63,448 nt of DNA, filler included, from Folioceros fuciformis (GCA_049999805.1; 5 parts of 5 records of this genome joined end to end with filler, not necessarily neighbours in it); one strand, 5' to 3'. Positions 27,349-40,910 are shown, counted from the whole stretch's first letter. Made by a program: numbers and translations. The notes: generated by a model not told the origin, from the sequence alone.

Positions 27349-27353
27349 AGGGT

Positions 27354-27510
27354 TGACAATCTCAATGCCTTGCCCGCGACGGTGGTGGTGAGAGATCCAA
27401 TAGACTCTTCCCCGAGCTATACCCAACTCTTTCGATTACCCAGGTCTTCCCGTTAGGTGTGGTGTTTGCGGCCCTACAAACCATCTTAAAAGTGAGTGTT
27501 CGATTCGAGC
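27354..27510 (+). mobile_element. LINE ORF1 continuation with CCHC zinc knuckle
   Basis: The reconstructed empty site reads PRFGVRVDNLNALP. RCGVCGPTNHLKSEC at 27455-27499. Low-complexity purine-rich decayed sequence follows to about 30390. Confidence 0.7.
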
Positions 27511-30397
27511 AGATTCAGTAGCAAGCAAGGTCAGGCATGAGAAGACACGGGTCGAACCCTTACCAGGATTCCTAGGTGTCTAGAGGAAGCCTTGGAGGAC
27601 GAGTCTGGTTACGCAACGTTGGGCTAGTCGATTTCAAGAGGAGGTCTTCCCGAGTCTTGCCGGCACTACCATCACTCAGGTAAAATTATGTGTGCTCATG
27701 CGGAAGAAGGTGGAGAGCGCTTTTTACTACTGGATGCCGAGAGGGGAGGAGTTACATGTGCTCCCTACTCGAGCCCTTAAGCTAGGAGCCGCAGAAGGGG
27801 TTAGAATGCCACTGGTATGGGAGACGGTCTAGAGGAAGGCCAAGAGCGTGATTCAAGAAGGTTTGAGTATGGGGGCTAAGTCTGCAAGCAAGTTTTCCAA
27901 GGAAGCGAGGTTCAGCGTCGTCTGTCATAAGCTTGAAGGTTCCTCGGCTATCCTTTATTTCAACACCTTGTTGGACTTGGGGAGGGAGAGCCGAATCCCG
28001 GTAGCTACTAACTCACAGCGGATAGGGGAAGCGGATAGGGGAATCGAAGATGCTTGCCTTTGTCCAAGATGCAAAATTCGGTAGAGGCAGGGTCACACTT
28101 GCTACCAGTTGTGATTAAGGTGAGCCTTGGATTCTTTGGTTTGCTCTCATCGCCAATCACAATTAAGTTGCCAGGGGAGTGGGAGCTCAAATGGAAGGAG
28201 GACACTGGAGAGGATGGTGTGGCGCCAATGGAGGTCGAGTCCCAAGAAGAGGTGATCTCACAGTATCCGGGAAGGCAAGGGGTTACGAGCTCGAAGAAGC
28301 AGCAGGCAAAGGGTGACGGGAAGACAATTCCAGACCAGTTACCCAAAAAGAGGTTGTCGGCAGACGCATTAAAGGAGCAAGGCGGTGCTGTTCCCCAACA
28401 AAATCCTTCGGATGTTTTAAGAGGTGAGTTGGCAGGAGTGCAGGGGATCTGCAGCCCAGGCCTGGAATCAACAGGGGTGATCAAGAACTCCCATTCCTCA
28501 CAGCAGGAGGCAGATCCTGGCAACCCGTAGCCGCTGGAGGAGTTTCTCGTGCAAGCTCAGTATTCACGTGTAGGTCTAGGTGCAGACGTCAATGAGATTG
28601 ACCGTTCGTCGAGACCTAAGCAGAAGTCGAGACTGAAGGCCATTAAAGGTGCAGGAGCGGGGAGAGTAAAGCAAAACGGGAAGCTGGGTTATCCAGCAGG
28701 GCTGGCCCGGACGATCGTCAAGGCAAGAGGAGGTGAGGCGGCTGGCAAGGAGCGGGTTTCATTTCAACAGGAAGACGAGGTTGAAGGTCATGGGAGCGCT
28801 CCTCAGCGGGTGGCACAATGGGGGACTGACCCCAAGCGGAAGGATGGCATATTTACGAGGGTGTCAGTTCACCACCTACCAGGAGACACAGCTGACAAGT
28901 TGATAGTTGGCGTGCTGGGCGGTGCTTCTCACTCTCATCTAGGGGGTGGTTTCCAAAAGGTGATAAGCGAGAGTGGGTTCTCAGATCTCGTGGCCAGTGG
29001 AAGGAGTGGAGAGCATCGGGGAAGGGTTGTAGAGGGTGTCGATCCTCACCCTACGCGTCACCACTCTCCGAGCTGGAACAGATGAGCTCCTTCAAGCCCG
29101 CTGGGGAAGGATCACCCTTGGGAGAAGGGAGTTCGGTGCTGCCTAGTAGACAGGATGAAACCAGATAGCTTCTAGGCTGCGATCTTGTTGACATAATTGC
29201 AGAGGCTTCTCAAGTTTTTCTCCAACCGGGTTCTCAGGGAGAGTTTGCGTGACACGGTGAAGTCCTCGGCGCCACGGCGGCTACTCCAGGCCAGACAGTC
29301 GGGTAGCAAGAAAGTCATGACGACGGTGAGAACTCCTGAGGCACCTTTAGAAAATTGGACAAGGGGAGGATCCACGGAGGAAGGAGGATACGAGGAGCCT
29401 CTAGGTACCAGGCGCTTCAGGAGACGAAGTTGTCAAAACGGTGCCTTGGTGAACTTGATAGCACCATACTTGGGGTGGCATCAATCCTTTTGTGCGGAGC
29501 AGGAAAGCACAGCTAAGACACTAGAGGGAGACTTGGGAAAGGGCGATGAAAACAACAAGCTAGCCCAAGAGGTCAATGTGTCCCTGCAGGCTTCGAGTTC
29601 TACACTTCAGGATCGGTCTGCTGGACTACCAAAGGCAGGAAGGCTGGTGGTGTCTACGCAGGGGTATTTGACCCTAGGCCCAGGGAGGAGGCCAGTGATC
29701 TCATGGCTGAACAGAGCCAACCTGGACGAGCGGTGGGCTTGTTTGGCGCTGACCCAAAAACGGAGGTCGAGGACGGGAGCTTGCCTACAGACACATCAGG
29801 AAGATCAGGTGAGCGCCCACAACTCAATAAGCGAGGCTCTAAGGATGAAGGTGGAGTGGTCACCTTAGCTGCCCTTACAGTTGCGAGCTCCAAGGCGGCG
29901 AGGCTACCTTAGCATCTGGACGTACAAGAGTTTCTTGATAAGATGGCTACTCGGGTGCAGTCGGGGGAGCAGGAAGTACTGTCGGAAGGGCTCCATTCCC
30001 TTGGTGGTTATGGTCACGCTCCATCTCAGTGCGGATCCCACAAGAATGGTAGGAGCTCTAGTTTTCCAGAGGTAGGGAGCGGCAGTGGATGCAAAGCGCT
30101 GCTTGGTGTGTCCCCAGAGGCTGATGTTACACGAGGAAGTCAAAGCCAAGCCACGGCGTGTGCTCGCTCGCTGCTCGCTAGGGGATGAAACTCCTTTGGG
30201 CAGCGATGTTTTTTTGTCGCCATTGGCTGGGAGGGAGCATCTGCAGGCTTTGTCCCCGGAGCCAGCTGGTACGCAAGCTGTTGAGCCCCAAGAGCATACT
30301 TTATGCTCTAAGAGTGGTGGATGGTCCGTGTGGGGAAACTGGTACCAGCAAGCCAGATGGGCCGTCAGAGTGTGGAGGCAAAACCCTGGGCATTGAT

Positions 30398-31800
30398 TGC
30401 CGATGGGTTCCATTTTTAGTAGCCACACTTATTCCACTGTCGTTGAGACATTGAGTTCCTTTCCCACGAAGAATCTCACTGTCGTTGAGACATTGAATTC
30501 CTTTCCCACGAAGAAGCGAGGGGTTCCTTGTAGCTGTGGATGGAGGGTCGGATTTAATCGACTTGATGGTGGATTCGAGGGCTCCCCTCCAGCTCCGACC
30601 AGGCCTCGCTGTCCAGCTGTCAGTTGCACCTCTCTTGGTGCTCACAAACTCACTCCAATCATTACAACGGCCCTAACTTCTCAGATTTGCAACTTCCCTC
30701 ACTCATTTCACTCGCTCTCTCACTCCAGCACCAACACCAGCAACTAACAACGACACCACTACCTTCTACACTTCCCTATTGACTCCTCCTACTCGGCAAG
30801 AGTCACTAGAGTAACCCCAAAGAAAAGAAAGAAGGAAACACACTCCCCTCTCGGATATTTCCTCTCCATAACCTTATGAGACGCCATGAAACATGGCTGG
30901 CCTACAGCACTTGTCCAAAAAGGGAATAAGAGTGGACAGGTCGAGAGAAAGTCACATCCTTTACAATCAAGAGCTAGGGGCAAGCCCCTTCACCCTGGTC
31001 ATTACACCTTGTGATCCTACCAGACACTGTACAACCGGCAACACGCGGCTTGCAATCCTACTAGACGTTGCTTAGCCGGCAACACACTGCAGGTCCCAAA
31101 CCAAGGAGGGACAAACCACAAGAGCTCATGAAGAGAGTACCTCCAAGAGCTCACGAAGTGATAGACTGACTCCCAAAGTGAATGACTACTTCCTCGTACA
31201 GGCTCACCTGATCTTATAGGAGCCTCTCTCTCTCTGACTTCACCTCTCTAACTTGACAAATATTATTTTAATAGGACCACTAGCCTAGCCGGCTGTCACC
31301 AGCCACTTATTTAGACTTCTAGCACATCCTGCCACCAATGAGCTGGCCCTACCACCACAAGGATCTACCACCTCTTAGACTATCATGAGACTTCAGAGGA
31401 TGTTTGATCTTCAAAGATCTTCGGACGCCGCCTCTTCCTTGCGGGATGGCCGCCCGCTAAGTCTTCCCCTGCAACTCTTCAGCCTTGGTGGCTGAGCCAG
31501 TTTCCAGGGGAGGAGCATGAGCAACGGGAAAGATAGAGAAGAGGTGGGAAGGAGTGGGATCAGCAGTCGGAACCTGGCCTGAAGACTACCGGTAGCTTAT
31601 TGAGCGAAATCAGCTTCCAGCCGAAATTGTTCTTCAAACATGGAAGACTGACCCTGGGGTGCTGGAATAGGCCCCGAACTAGGAGGAAAAGAAAGCATGT
31701 GAAACAGAGTTGAATTGGAATTTCTGGAATTAAATCCAGAAAAATAGGGATGAAAATAGAAAAGGGGGAATTAGGAAAATAAAAAGAAAAAAAATATGGG
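30398..31800 (-). mobile_element. Large LTR-like repeat (probably Gypsy type), homologous to 1-1335
   Basis: Putative terminus TGCCGATGGG at 30398 (...CCCATCGGCA on minus). Short internal duplication at ~30436-30513. Inverted similarity to the window start. Confidence 0.5.
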
Positions 31801-31992
31801 AATACATATACGGTGTATGTATCTGTATGTATTAAATACGTATATAAACCATATGAAATATAGGGGGTGTATGTATACGGACTGTATATGGTCCCTAAAA
31901 CATTAAACTAGGGGGACTAAGAACAAGGGAGGGAGGAAGCGCGACGGAGAAGGAGGAGCGGGGAGGAAAGGGAGAAATCAGCCATGGGGGGG

Positions 31993-32092
31993 NNNNNNNN
32001 NNNNNNNNNNNNNNNNNNNNNNNNNNNNNNNNNNNNTTAATTAATTAANNNNNNNNNNNNNNNNNNNNNNNNNNNNNNNNNNNNNNNNNNNN
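31993..32092. other. Artificial contig-joining spacer
   Basis: N44 + TTAATTAATTAA (stop codons in all six frames) + N44. Confidence 0.97.
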
Positions 32093-32877
32093 GGCCGAGA
32101 GGTGGCCAAATTCCAAATTTCAATTCGATCGGAGGTCGGGACACTCCAATTGTGAGCGACCGAGGCCTAAATTGTGGACCGCCGGTTCGGAACGAGGTGT
32201 GAGGGTAATAAAATCTATATTTCATTTCAACCGCTTTATAACTAGCCTTTTGGTTGATTTGCATCGATTTTGAATCATGACGTCCTCAGACAACATCATG
32301 TTCAATATCGAGAAGTTAGATGGTACTAACTTCCCGTTCTAGAAAGAACAAGTGTATAATGTTCTAGTAGAGAAAAAGCAGATTAACCCCATCAAGCTGC
32401 TAGGAGTGAAACCTGTTAGTATGACTCAAGATGAGTGGCAGGATCTAGATGAGCTTACTAGATCTACCATCATGCTAACATTGTCGAAGTCGATCTACTT
32501 CAACGTGAAACACAAGACCACAAGTTATGAGCTGTTGCAGAAGTTGTAGGATCACTAGAGGAGCATGGTGGAGGAGAGGAGAAGAAGAGGTCACATTGAG
32601 AGTGATTGGCAAGGGAGCTCAAGGGGGTATTTATACCCTCTAGAAGACCTCCCTAGGAAGCTTCACAAGAAGCTCACAGCAAGCTGCGCAAGAAGCTTCC
32701 TACAGATTAGCTTAAGCTAATCTAAACTAATGATACTTAACTAGACACTAATCTTAGACTAAACACATTAGTCTAAGCACATTNNNNNNNNNNCACATTA
32801 GTCTAAGCACATTAACTAGACACTAATCTTAGACTAAACAGATTAGCCTAAGCACATTGGGCTTTAATAACCCTACA
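32093..32877 (+). mobile_element. Copia leader and truncated gag joined to an inverted LTR of the same family
   Basis: gag start MTSSDNIMFNIEKLDGTNF at 32277. Inverted LTR at 32545-32877 (TGTAGG...CCCTACA) is the reverse complement of LTR 56336-56602. Confidence 0.8.
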
Positions 32878-32879
32878 GA

Positions 32880-33440
32880 TTCGTTGACCCTTTCTCCAAA
32901 AAGGTGTGGCTAGGACTGTTCCTAAAGGGAGGCAGAGTTCGAAGGTTGAGTTACTGGGCCCCCCTCCATTATTGGGATCCGTCTTCTCTTGGATCCATGA
33001 GCTTCCACTGTACCTTCCTCTGTGTGGATCTCTTGGGACATCCCTTCACCACCACCTACAGGTTTAGTAGGGAAGGGATCCACTTGTTCTTCAACTTGAG
33101 GCTCCTTCCCTAAGGAGGGTGAGAATGTCCCCTTCATAGGTAGGTTCCCTACCATTCCCACCCATTGTCGTAGGTAGACAGCCTACCCCATTGTCGTAGG
33201 TGGGGTGTCTATGATATAAGTACCTTCCCTACTTACCTAGGTATCTTCCATTTTCTCCACGTAGGTACTCTCTCTACGTATGTAGGTAGACATCCTACTA
33301 CGTAAGTATCTTCTTATCCTAACCTACTAGAATAGAACAAAAAAATCCATAAAAACCTTCACCAGCCGCTCACTACCTACCATGGGCACTTGCCCAGAAA
33401 CCTACCTTCTACATGCCTCCCTTCGAACTGTTCTGAACAA
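32880..33440. repeat. Dispersed repeat with an inverted homologue at ~44760-45120
   Basis: ccttcaccagccgctcactacctaccatgggcactt at 33356-33391 is the reverse complement of 45053-45088. Confidence 0.7.
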
Positions 33441-34647
33441 AAAGAAACCAAGTTAGACTTTTCTAGACCGATTACCAAACTTTTCCGTTCCACATATATT
33501 GTTAAGGGTATATTGCACATGTGCTTTGAATTTCTAACAACTATGGAGGTTTACTCCCTCAACCTTAGCATAAATGCATATTAAAATCATGTCTTGTTCA
33601 TACATAATTCTAATTCTTCCACTTAGATACAAGTTGTAGAAGTACAATCTTATGCATGTAGTTTTTGAGCTTCTAATTAAGAGAAAGTGAGAGCATTTGT
33701 ACTAGGCATCTCCAAAGTGCTACAAAATTCAAGTACTATTTCTGTTCTTTCAAGCTTTGTCTTGATATGAAATGATGACAAACCTTCACATGCTTGCATA
33801 AAATAGTGGAGTCTTAGAAAGACGAATAGCACTTCCGCTATCTATCAGTAAAGATGAGAGTAGGTCCATCCTATTCTTAGCAAGATGAATAGTACTTTGA
33901 GTACAAATAAAGATAAGAAAAGATTCAACCTTTTCTTAACAACATGAATAGGATTCTGACTATAGCTAAAAACTAAAAGATAAGAGTAGGTCCAACCTTT
34001 TCTTAGATGGGCTATCCTTCACTTGAGCTACTTTGTGGTCTGCATGTGCAGCGAGAGAGCGTCTACTCAAATAATCTAAATGTAGCCACACTATGTTTGG
34101 GGCACCGAGGCGTAGGTGTAAACGAAAAAAAGTTTAGGAATCCTCTACCAAGGTGTGTGACTAAGTGTTCTTTTTGCTTTTCGGTAAGTTTGGTGCGAAA
34201 GCGGCTTAGGTTGAGAGCAGGCCGGGGTATTTATGCTCAAGAGCTCCTTGGCCCTTGAAGTTTTTAAGTTAGGGGTTGGTTTGACCAATAATTGGTCCAT
34301 GGACCAAGTCGGGAGGGGTGCTACTTGTTCCTTGGCCTTCGACCTTTGAACAAGTCCAAAAAAGCCTGTATAAGGAGGGCCTCCCCATATCTATAGAGTT
34401 AGGTGTGATTAGCTCGGGGGAAGAACNNNNNNNNNNNNNNNNNNNNNNNNNNNNNNNNNNNNNNNNNNNNNNNNNNNNNNNNNNNNNNNNNNNNNNNNNN
34501 NNNNNNNNNNNNNNNNNNNNNNNNNNAAGAACTGTGTACTTAGGTTGAGAAGAAAGGTAGATGAGACCCGGCGATGGTTGTGGAAGATGGGCAGTCGTCG
34601 TGGAAGGGGCAACAGGTAGTGAAGATCCCGGAGTGGTAGTGGAAACC

Positions 34648-36900
34648 TGTTGAGTATGGTAAACCCAACATGGGTCAGCCTAACTTAGGTTAGTTAACCT
34701 GTGGTTAGCTATACAGTTTATTATTTTAAACCCTAAATATTTATATATGTGCTCTCTTGACTTCTTATAATGTAATGAACTATTCGTATGCTTTCTAGCT
34801 TCCGCTGTATGTTTTCATGGTATCAGAGCCATGGATATTTGTACATCACCTTTCTCTACATACCCGAGTCCAACAATCAGCAATGGCAGCATCGTCAAGC
34901 ACACCTACCTTCACCTCAGAACTCAAGGAGAAGGATAGGTTTAAGGGGTCTGGCTACACTGTATGGAGAGTCATGATGAAGGCCACCTTGTTGGCCAAGG
35001 GAGTCTGGGCTGTCGTTGACGGCTCCTACCCCAAACCTGACCCCAACACCAGTCCTACCCCCACAACTGACGAAATTGCCCAGTGGGAACAACATATTGC
35101 CATTGCTGTTGCCCTAATTATAGGTGGGCCGGACGCAAACTTGGTCCCAGAGGTAGAGTACCTCACATCTGCGCATGGCATATGGGACCAATTAGAAAAG
35201 ACATACAAAATCCAGAACATGATGACGCTATGCGCAGTCAGGCAAGAGTTCTTCTCCCTTAAAATGAAAGAGGGAGAAAAGGTGGTCTCACATGTCAGCA
35301 AGTTCCGGCACCTATGTGCCCAACTCACTGCGATGACAGGAGAGAAGATGTTAGAGGTGGACGCTATAGCCCAACTGCTGAGCAGTCTTCCTGCCTCCAA
35401 CCAGACCTTTCTTACGAGCCAAAACGGCCCCATACGCGCTGCCGCAACTGCCTATGGCCAGACAGCGACCATCACCTTGATTGGTGCGCTATTCCAGGAA
35501 GAGCAGAGCCGCGCCTTCTCATCCACCTTCAGGAACAAGGGAGAGAAGGTATTAGCCACAAACTTCCGCAAGGGAAGAACCAGACCTAGAAGCACAGCAA
35601 TGCAGGGACAGAGGGGGGAACCTTCAAGCCCTGTCAAGAGACCTAACAACTGCAATTGGTGTGGCCTCCCCGGACACTGGGCCAGAAAATGCCGAAAAAG
35701 AAGGGTCGGTGAGCCCTATAGACAGCAAAAACCAGCCGCAAACGTGGCCGTGAGGCAAAACAAACTAGGAGACTCGAAGGCTCCCGTGAAGATACTGACA
35801 GTTTGCTTGTCCAGCACTCTTAGTGATGATAGCTGCTGGTACCTCGACTCCGGGGCAACGACCCATATCTGCAAGAAAAGGGACCTCTTTAGTACCCTTG
35901 ACCTAACACAAAAAAGTGGTCAAGTATTCTTGTAGATGAGCAGAGCAAGACAAGTCTATGCATTGAGGGCAAGGGTACCTGTGTCTTCTGCCTCCTTGAT
36001 GGCACTAAACTAACCTTGACAGATGTCATTTATGCCCTAAGCATGGCCAAGAACCTCATGTCCATGAGCCAGCTCATGAGACAGCGGGTCTTCTACGGGT
36101 AAGCAGACCTCTGAGCATTGCTGCTTCTACAGGCAGTCATGTCCCCACACATGTGCTTTTGAGGGACTGCCGAGAGCAACCTATACAGGCTGAACATCAC
36201 TTGTCACAGTTCAGACCCGCACACAGAGGCCGTCCACTCAACCACAGGTCCTAACCTAAGTGAAGCATAGCAGGCCCTATTATGGCATGCCCACCTAGGA
36301 CACGTTAATAGGTCGAAGCTTATTAACATGTCAGCCCTAGAGTGCCACTGAGAACCTCTGCCCAAATGCTTCAAGCAGTCACCTGTGTGCGAATCATGCA
36401 TCCTTGCTAAGCAGAAGGAGTCACCCTTCCCTGATTCACCTGCACAGAGGGCCACCCGAGTCCTTGAGCTAGTCCACGTAGATATCTCAGGCAAAGTTCA
36501 TGAGCCCTCCCTTGGAGGTGCTCGTTACTTTCTAACAGTCACTGATGACTACAGCCGCTACACGTGGACCTACCCCCTGCAGTTGAAAAGCGACACCTAT
36601 GCCTGCTTCAAGGAATGGCTTACCATAGCCCAGAGACAGTCAAGACAGCTTCTGAAGACGCTCAGAATTGATAACGGCACTGAATTTGTCAACTCATCCT
36701 TTAATGACCTCTTGCAAGCTTAAGGAATCTTGTGCCAGCTTACAGTGCCCTACACACCGCAACAGAATGTTGTGTCAGAATGCAAGAACCAAACTCTGCT
36801 TTCAATGACAAGAAGCATGCTCTTATCGGCAAACTTACCACAGGGCTATTGGGCCGAGGCCATAGTGGCGGCAACCTACATCCTTAATCGTGTCATTACC
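34648..36900 (+). mobile_element. Truncated, decayed Ty1/Copia: 5' LTR, PBS, gag, protease, integrase
   Basis: LTR 34648-34817 (TG...CA), PBS 34818-34829, gag with CNWCGLPGHWARKC, WYLDSGAT, HVDISG, IDNGTEF. Multiple stops. Confidence 0.88.
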
Positions 36901-36902
36901 AG

Positions 36903-38114
36903 TTGTCAATTAGCGGGCAGGCCCCGGCTGCCAAGGGGGCAACTCCACCGGGGGCGCTTGACCCCACGGGCGCCAGTAGACCCCAAGTGGGGTGCCAAGG
37001 GCGCTAGGGGCGCCTAGGGTGTGGCCAAGCCCCGGGGGCGTCAGGCCCTCTATTACCCCGGATCTAGGGCTTCAGGCTGCCCGGACGGCGGTCAAGGTGG
37101 CGGCTAGGGCGCCAGGCCACCGACTAGGGTGGCGGCTAGGGTGCCAGGCCGACAGGGTGGTGGCTAGGGTGCTAGACCGCTGGCTAGGGTGGCGGCTAGG
37201 GTGCCAGGCCGACAGGGTGATGGCTAGGGCGCCGTGGCCAGGACGCCCGTCTGACGAGGGCGCCGGCCTGGCCACCCGGGCACCAGCCGGGCTTAGCGTG
37301 GGCCCCGCCGGACTGCCGGACGCAGGCCCCGCCAGATCGTAGGCGTCGTGAACATTGGGCATAGTGTTGCAAGCGTCGGAACGCCGACACCGAGAGCAAG
37401 GGCGCAGGCGTTGAACCAATCCCGGCCGAGAGGTGGCCAAATTCCAAATTTCAATTCGATCGGAGGTCGGGACACTCCAATTGTGAGCGACCGAGGCCTA
37501 AATTGTGGACCGCCGGTTCGGAACGAGGTGTGAGGGTAATAAAATCTATATTTCATTTCAACCGCTTTATAACTAGCCTTTTGGTTGATTTGCATCGATT
37601 TTGAATCATGACGTCCTCAGACAACATCATGTTCAATATCGAGAAGTTAGATGGTACTAACTTCCCGTTCTAGAAAGAACAAGTGTATAATGTTCTAGTA
37701 GAGAAAAAGCAGATTAACCCCATCAAGCTGCTAGGAGTGAAACCTGTTAGTATGACTCAAGATGAGTGGCAGGATCTAGATGAGCTTACTAGATCTACCA
37801 TCATGCTAACATTGTCGAAGTCGATCTACTTCAACGTGAAACACAAGACCACAAGTTATGAGCTGTTGCAGAAGTTGTAGGATCACTAGAGGAGCATGGT
37901 GGAGGAGAGGAGAAGAAGAGGTCACATTGAGAGTGATTGGCAAGGGAGCTCAAGGGGGTATTTATACCCTCTAGAAGACCTCCCTAGGAAGCTTCACAAG
38001 AAGCTCACAGCAAGCTGCGCAAGAAGCTTCCTACAGATTAGCTTAAGCTAATCTAAACTAATGATACTTAACTAGACACTAATCTTAGACTAAACACATT
38101 AGTCTAAGCACATT
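36903..38114 (+). mobile_element. Copia GC-rich leader, truncated gag and inverted LTR; 37424-38114 duplicates 32093-32783
   Basis: Same family as 56336-58052. Repeated GGCTAGGGT units at 37100-37230. The 691-bp copy appears identical. Confidence 0.8.
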
Positions 38115-38214
38115 NNNNNNNNNNNNNNNNNNNNNNNNNNNNNNNNNNNNNNNNNNNNTTAATTAATTAANNNNNNNNNNNNNNNNNNNNNNNNNNNNNN
38201 NNNNNNNNNNNNNN
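38115..38214. other. Artificial contig-joining spacer
   Basis: N44 + TTAATTAATTAA + N44. Confidence 0.97.
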
Positions 38215-39680
38215 GTCCTCTGTGCTCCGCACAGTTCATCAGCATTGCACAAAATGTACTGGAGCCACTCGTTGTCCCGCCAGAGTGGGTGAGTGAGGGC
38301 CGTGGCTTTCCAGCTATCATCCTCCGACCTGTAGATGGTTGCAGTTGGTACCCCCCTGCGCACACACAAAACGATGACAGTGAAGTCCCCGCTTTCGTCC
38401 ACATCGAACTCGAATGTCCAAGATCCTGGCCATGGGTACCCGTGGAAGTCAGCTTCCATGCCAAACTGAGGTGGCAGCTCTTTGAACGTCCTGGTTATAG
38501 GATTGGCAACGCAGAAACTCAGACCCACTGCCTTCTTGCTCTCCTCATCATAATCTCGAAAGCACTTATGTATATTCTCTGCTGGAAAATACCCCTCCTC
38601 TTCCTCCTCCTCTTCCTCATCATCAACCTCCTCCCCCTCCCCCCAAGACTCTTCGTTCTCCTCCTCCCCAGGCTCTTCGTTCTGCTCCTCCTGCTGCCCT
38701 TCCTCCTCCCCCTCTCCTTCATGCTTCTCGTCCTCATCATCCTGATCACTGGTGTATGCATCACGAGTCTCATGAGACTCGTCCTCAACGCCACCCTGCT
38801 TCCACCACGGTCTCTCCTTCTCAACATCCTCCTCCCCATCTTCGTTCCAATCCCTCTCCTCCTCATCTTCCTCGTCCCCATCGTCTTCCTCTCCCTCATC
38901 ATCTGCATCCTCATCCGCATGCTCTTCTACATCTCCACCCCAATTCCCATTCTTAACACCAGCGTCAAAATATACACCACACACAAACATCGGGGAAGGC
39001 ATTGTCTCAAGCATTGGTCTTTGGGTCTTCCGTTTGTCGAGCCTAGCAATAAGTACCAGTCCCTCCTTCACAAGGAACTCCCGGGCTCCGAAAGACTGGA
39101 ATTTGGGAGGAAGGAAGGACAACCCAAGCGTCAAAACCTTCAACTCCCCTGTCTCGCAGCCCGTTTGAGCGGATGTCTCTAAAGCAGCCCTCTCACCGAG
39201 CTGGTACTGCAGGCTGCATACCGGTCCACGCTCCACCGAGTCACACAAGCGTTTAAAAGCTGGTGATGCCAGAGAAGATTGCCAGCCCCTGCAGACTGTG
39301 GAAAATCGAACACTGTTGGCCAATGGCAGCCTGGCCAGGACTGCGTCCAAACACTCCTGGGGCATGTTGCTCCACACACACGGTTCCATCTGGATGTTGC
39401 ACGGATCCCCCGGTTCCGTCAATCGACCGTGCAACAACTCGAGTTGGAGATGGGGCTTTCCGACCCATGCGCGACACAAACAGCACCTCGTGCTTCTGAT
39501 GAACCTCGGACCTTGGTCCTCCCTGTCATCCCTCCCGCCGCCGTTTCCATGGGTGCCAGGCCCTTGCTCCAACCCTCGACCCCGCAAAGTTTCCGTGCTA
39601 TCGTCCCATCCTGGATACCACGCCTTACAATTGTGGCACAACGTGTTGATGTGGATTAACGGTCTCACATTCTTCGCCAT
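38215..39680 (-). CDS. F-box protein (Cys4 N-terminus, F-box, long acidic insert); 3' end cut by the contig end
   Basis: CHNC...CCLC, then WSNMPQECLDAVLARLPLANSVRFSTVCRGWQ, an E/D tract and FCVANPITRTFKELPP. Alternative ATG at 39797. Confidence 0.8.
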
Positions 39681-39899
39681 GGACCAGGACGCCGGTCTAC
39701 AGTTCCGTCCCGTGCCAACAGACTGGATGTCCAAAGATTTGCGAAGTGGTCTCGCGCTCAACCAGAGTGCAGCCCTATAGATACCTATAGATACCATACA
39801 TATCTTGGGTGAGTGAATATAGGGTTTAGCAACACTGAATTACATCGTAACACCTAATTACAACGTTGCACCGCATGGTCCCACTCCATGCCCTTTCAA

Positions 39900-40910
39900 G
39901 GAGCTGGTACCTCTCCCAAAAGGATAGCACTTTGTGCAAATGCTCCGGCAGAACCTAATATACCTCGCAGCACATGCATGGCATGCTTTCCAGCTCTCAC
40001 ATACCCAACTTCACCAAATTGTGCTGGTGGTCGTCTCGTTCAAGTCGCCAAATTCTTCGCCGCCGCCGGTATGCAGAGATTTTTTCAGGTTACTGTGGGC
40101 ACCCTATCCACATGGATCTTCATCAGGGCCTCGATATTCCCCATCCCAAATAGCTCGTGGATCCATTTTGCTTCGCACAGTCGATCAGCATTGCACAAAT
40201 GGTCCTTGACACTCATCCTCCCCGCGCTACATCCCCCTTACAGACGAGAAACGGGAGTGGGTTGAGTGAGAGCCGCGGCTTTCAAGCTGCCGTCCTTCCG
40301 ACCTGTAGCTGGTTACAGTTGGTATGCCCCTCCGCGCACGCATTCCACCTCAAATTGGAATCATTCCGACTGGTACACCGGAGAAGTCAGCTCCCATGCC
40401 AAACTGAGGTGGAAACTCTTTGAAACTATGTTCTAATCTTGGGATTGGCAACGCGAAGGGCTGTCCTCTACCAACTACCAACACGAGGTTGCTGTCCACC
40501 TCCCGGATTTGATTGTATTTCACCTTGAAACAATTGGTCCAGCAGTTTGATCATGGCCAACAGATAGCACACGTTCGTCTGTGAGCCGTGGCCCAGGCTA
40601 CACCACACAATGTCCAGAAGGCTCTACCTGAGGATGCCGGTCCCCCTCCTTGTAAACCGCTGTGTTTCCAACACTGTACACAACCTTCGCAGCCATGAAT
40701 GAGCACGGCAGTACAGCTTGCCCAGGAGAACTCCGTAAACAGGAATACAATCCTGAATCTGTGTGCGCGAAAGCTTCCCGAAATTAACGTCATTGAGCCC
40801 ACAAATCTCCCACATTTGGACGCCCCGGGTGTGCACATCGTCATGGACCTTTCCAAGGATGCCCATGTCGCACACAGAGTCTGGATCACAATTCCTGCAT
40901 CACCGGGATT
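39900..40910 (-). pseudogene. Decayed third paralogue of the F-box family
   Basis: Fragments matching the neighbours (FKEFPPQFGMGADF near 40380-40425; shared gattggcaacgc and gacctgtag blocks), heavily frameshifted. Confidence 0.7.

Noticed and set aside
27848-30396. ORFs of 100-220 aa after the LINE zinc knuckle
   Set aside because: Low-complexity, frameshifted sequence with no endonuclease or RT motifs seen; treated as decayed element sequence.
37100-37230. Telomere-like CTAGGG repeats
   Set aside because: Interspersed within a GC-rich Copia leader also present at 56820-56890; not a telomeric array.
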